The notes below the pieces were generated by a model. That model made no database searches and was not told the DNA's origin. It saw only the letters and a list, made by a program, of their open reading frames with translations. Positions 61,636-64,000 of a stretch of 64,000 nucleotides of DNA are shown here, piece after piece; position 1 is the first letter of the stretch; every line of letters begins with the position of its first letter. Source of the DNA: a virus (lineage: Duplodnaviria > Caudoviricetes). The translations under genes were made by a program, and so were the position numbers. The stretch spans positions 1 through 64,000 of IMG/VR virus record IMGVR_UViG_3300032243_000867; one strand, written 5' to 3'.

Positions 61636-62832
61636 ATGACGGTCAAGATTCGAGTCCGAGATTACCAGTCCATCGAGGATGCGGAGATCGAAGTCTCGGG
61701 TCTGACCGTCATCACGGGTGCGAACAACACCGGAAAGTCCGCCATGCTCCGGGCCGTCTACGGGGCGTTCACCAACGCGCGCGGCACCAAGTACGTCCGC
61801 CACGGGAAAGATCAGTGCGCCGTCACCGTCACGTTCGGTGACGGGCGCACGGTCACATGGGAGAAGGGCGAGAAGGTCAACCGCTACACCGTGGACGGGA
61901 AGGTTCTCGACAAGGTGGGCGCGGGCGTCCCCGTCGAGGTGGAAGCCCTCGGGGTGGTCCAGATCACGGCAGCGGGCCGGGAGCTCTGGCCGCAGTTCGC
62001 CCAGCAGTTCACCGGGCAGGTGTTCCTTCTCGACCAGCCGGGGTCGGTGCTCGCGGAGTCTATCGCGGATGTGTCCCGCGTTGGGGTGCTGAACGAGGCC
62101 CTGCGGAACACCCAGTCCGACAAACGATCCCTCTCCTCGGAACTCAAGGTGCGACTCGGTGACGTGTCCAGGTACGAGGCGCAAGAAGCCTTTTTCACGG
62201 GTCTGGACGCCGTGGAAGCCCTCGCCCAAGAGGCTGAAGACCTGAAGTCTTCTTGCGACGACCTGTCATCGGAGCGTAGCGACCTCGGACTTCTTCGGGA
62301 CGCCCTGTCCTCCTACGAGTCTCTCGTTTTGGGGCTTCTACCAGTTCGGAACCTCGCCCTTCCGGGCGACGGTTCGGAAGTACGCGAGGGGCTAACCGAG
62401 CTAGCATCACTGAGGGAGCTCTCTGAAGAGCTCTCGGGGGCCGTCGCCGCTCGCGAGGCCCTTTCCCCCGTATCCTCTCTCATCATCCCCAGCGAGGCCG
62501 ATACGGCGCGGGCAGCGAAGGTTCTAGAAGCCCTCTCGCTGGTCCGGGGGATGCGGGATCAGAGGACCCCGTTGCTGGGGATTCTCGGGGACTCGGAGGG
62601 GATCAGGGCTTCCGCATCGTCTTCTTTTCCCGAAGCCGTGGACCTTCTGGAACAAGCGAAACAGGCGGAAGCCTATCGTCAGATTCAGAAGGAGTTGTCC
62701 TCCCGCGACACCGCCCTCGCGGACCTCCGTCGGGAACTCGGGGAAACCTCCGGGGCTCTGGACCTAGCCTCCCACGAAGTTCAGGAGATCATCGGGGACG
62801 CGGGTAGCTGCCCTATATGCGGTCACCCCTAG
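61636..62832 (+). CDS. sbcC: SbcC/Rad50-like ATPase, N-terminal half only (ends at zinc hook)
   Basis: IRVRDYQSI, ITGANNTGKSA, coiled coil, terminal CPICGHP. Confidence 0.75.
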   Translation: MTVKIRVRDYQSIEDAEIEVSGLTVITGANNTGKSAMLRAVYGAFTNARGTKYVRHGKDQCAVTVTFGDGRTVTWEKGEKVNRYTVDGKVLDKVGAGVPVEVEALGVVQITAAGRELWPQFAQQFTGQVFLLDQPGSVLAESIADVSRVGVLNEALRNTQSDKRSLSSELKVRLGDVSRYEAQEAFFTGLDAVEALAQEAEDLKSSCDDLSSERSDLGLLRDALSSYESLVLGLLPVRNLALPGDGSEVREGLTELASLRELSEELSGAVAAREALSPVSSLIIPSEADTARAAKVLEALSLVRGMRDQRTPLLGILGDSEGIRASASSSFPEAVDLLEQAKQAEAYRQIQKELSSRDTALADLRRELGETSGALDLASHEVQEIIGDAGSCPICGHP

Positions 62833-62843
62833 AGGTGCCCGCT

Positions 62844-63110
62844 ATGCGAAGGCTGTTTCCGCTGTTCGTGTTCTTGACCCTCGTCTCGTCGTGCAAGTGC
62901 CGACAGACGGGCGTCGTCTACCCCACCAACGCTTGCACCAACGGCTCTACCACCTGCATCGGTGGCCACCCCTACGCCTGTGGGGGAGGGGTGTGGCGTC
63001 CGGTGGGAGACGTGCGCTGCACGCAAGTGTGCTGCCCCAGCGCCGAGACGGGCGTTCATGCGTGCCTTCCGCAAGACCGCTGCGCCGCCACCTCGTCGGG
63101 AGGTAACTGA
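62844..63110 (+). CDS. Cys-rich putative lipoprotein
   Basis: MRRLFPLFVFLTLVSSC signal peptide/lipobox; numerous Cys. Confidence 0.65.
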   Translation: MRRLFPLFVFLTLVSSCKCRQTGVVYPTNACTNGSTTCIGGHPYACGGGVWRPVGDVRCTQVCCPSAETGVHACLPQDRCAATSSGGN

Positions 63111-63112
63111 TC

Positions 63113-63715
63113 ATGAGCGACCTAGCTACCGCCGCACAGGCCCTTCAGGCTCACCTCGCCGCCCAGTTCGGTCTCACTGTCCACGACAAGGAAACATCGA
63201 CGCTGATGAAGGCCATCGCGTTCGGGATGGACGTGGGATCGGCGTTCTCGTCCGGGCTTCCCAAGGGGGGTGACTTCATGACCCGGTTCGCGACGACCGC
63301 GGGGAAGGACGTGTTCCTCCCTCAGTCCATCCGGGACAACCCCCTGTCGGTGCTGGAAGTGGTCACGCACGAAGCCCAGCACGTCGTGCAGTTCGACGCC
63401 ACGAATGTCGAGTTCGCGTGGTTCTACCTGACGGATGCGTCGGCGCGTGCGCAGTTCGAGGCCGACGCCTACGCCAGCGGGATCGCCGTGCGGTGCTGGC
63501 TCACGGGCGAGAAGCCCGAGGGCAACATCTCGTGGGTGCTGGAGTCGCTGGTGAAGGGCTACCACCTTCGCCCGGAGGACAAGACCTACGCGGAGGCCGC
63601 GCTGAAGTCCCACGTCGCCAGCCTCAACTCGGGTATCTACATGACCCGTTCGGCCCGCACGGCCATCGAGTTCCTCTCGCAGAACTTCCCCGACCTCAAG
63701 GGTGCCATTCGATGA
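63113..63715 (+). CDS. Zincin-like (HExxH) protein
   Basis: VVTHEAQH...FEADAY. Confidence 0.65.
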   Translation: MSDLATAAQALQAHLAAQFGLTVHDKETSTLMKAIAFGMDVGSAFSSGLPKGGDFMTRFATTAGKDVFLPQSIRDNPLSVLEVVTHEAQHVVQFDATNVEFAWFYLTDASARAQFEADAYASGIAVRCWLTGEKPEGNISWVLESLVKGYHLRPEDKTYAEAALKSHVASLNSGIYMTRSARTAIEFLSQNFPDLKGAIR

Positions 63716-64000
63716 CTACCACTATCCGCAAGCTCGGTCGCAAGCGTCCCGTTGCCCACGCCCCCGTCCTCCGTCTGTCCCGGTACATGGCGGCTCTGCC
63801 CGCCCCCCCGGCGTCGGTGGACTACGCCCACGCCGCTGCCACGGCGCTCTCCAAGATGTACCTCAACGATCAACTGGGCGACTGCGTGATCGCGGGCATG
63901 GCCCACTTGGTCGGTCTGTTCACGGGCAACGCGGGACAGACCCCGGTGACCTTCACGGACGCCCAGATCACGGCGCTCTATTCGGCCATCGGCGGCTACG
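63712..64000 (+). CDS. Papain-like cysteine peptidase family protein (truncated at window edge)
   Basis: Hand translation MTTTIRKLGRKRP...MYLNDQLGDCVIAGMAH...; ATGA overlap. Confidence 0.55.
   Translation, partial: MTTTIRKLGRKRPVAHAPVLRLSRYMAALPAPPASVDYAHAAATALSKMYLNDQLGDCVIAGMAHLVGLFTGNAGQTPVTFTDAQITALYSAIGGY

Noticed and set aside
4993-64000. Complete DGR (RT, Avd, template repeat) within the window
   Set aside because: No RT motifs (YxDD) and no AAC-rich RGGSWNNN-type template were found by eye; only VR-like targets are present.
1-64000. Stop-codon reassignment (alternative genetic code)
   Set aside because: Conserved genes are intact under code 11 and end at TGA, TAA or TAG.

Overview
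GC-rich segment of a large (jumbo-type) tailed dsDNA phage genome; host not determinable from this window. Layout: (i) 1-15.1 kb early/accessory region of small ORFs, a MoxR/CobS-like AAA ATPase plus vWA pair, ten copies of a 30-bp leader motif, a duplicated divergent control cassette and five intergenic tRNA-like (acceptor + T-arm) elements; (ii) 15.3-26 kb regulatory and head-associated genes (S24 peptidase-like, sigma-70, SET domain, ferritin/Dps-like, lysozyme-like, GroEL); (iii) 26-45 kb virion and lysis genes (paralogous fibre-like proteins, C39 peptidase-domain protein, topoisomerase IB, baseplate spike-like protein, amidase); (iv) 45-64 kb modification/replication block (DNA MTase, HolB/HolA-like, intein-containing class II RNR, RecD2, SSB-like, RuvC, RecA, half-SbcC). 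Most striking unexplained signals: seven 48-61 aa micro-ORFs (six are absent from the ORF track or buried in longer ORFs) consisting only of the RGGxW-x24-26-GFR segment that is the variable region of FGE/C-type-lectin DGR targets, one pair showing a DGR-like codon position 1/2 substitution pattern; the tRNA-like minihelix elements; a ~28-aa LRSKxIRLAH...LRPHLLPLL tag on five unrelated proteins; and a GGGCGTAA element sitting 7-14 nt upstream of many start codons. No CRISPR array, canonical tRNA, rRNA, integrase or reverse transcriptase was seen. All family assignments come from motif recognition by eye, not database searches.
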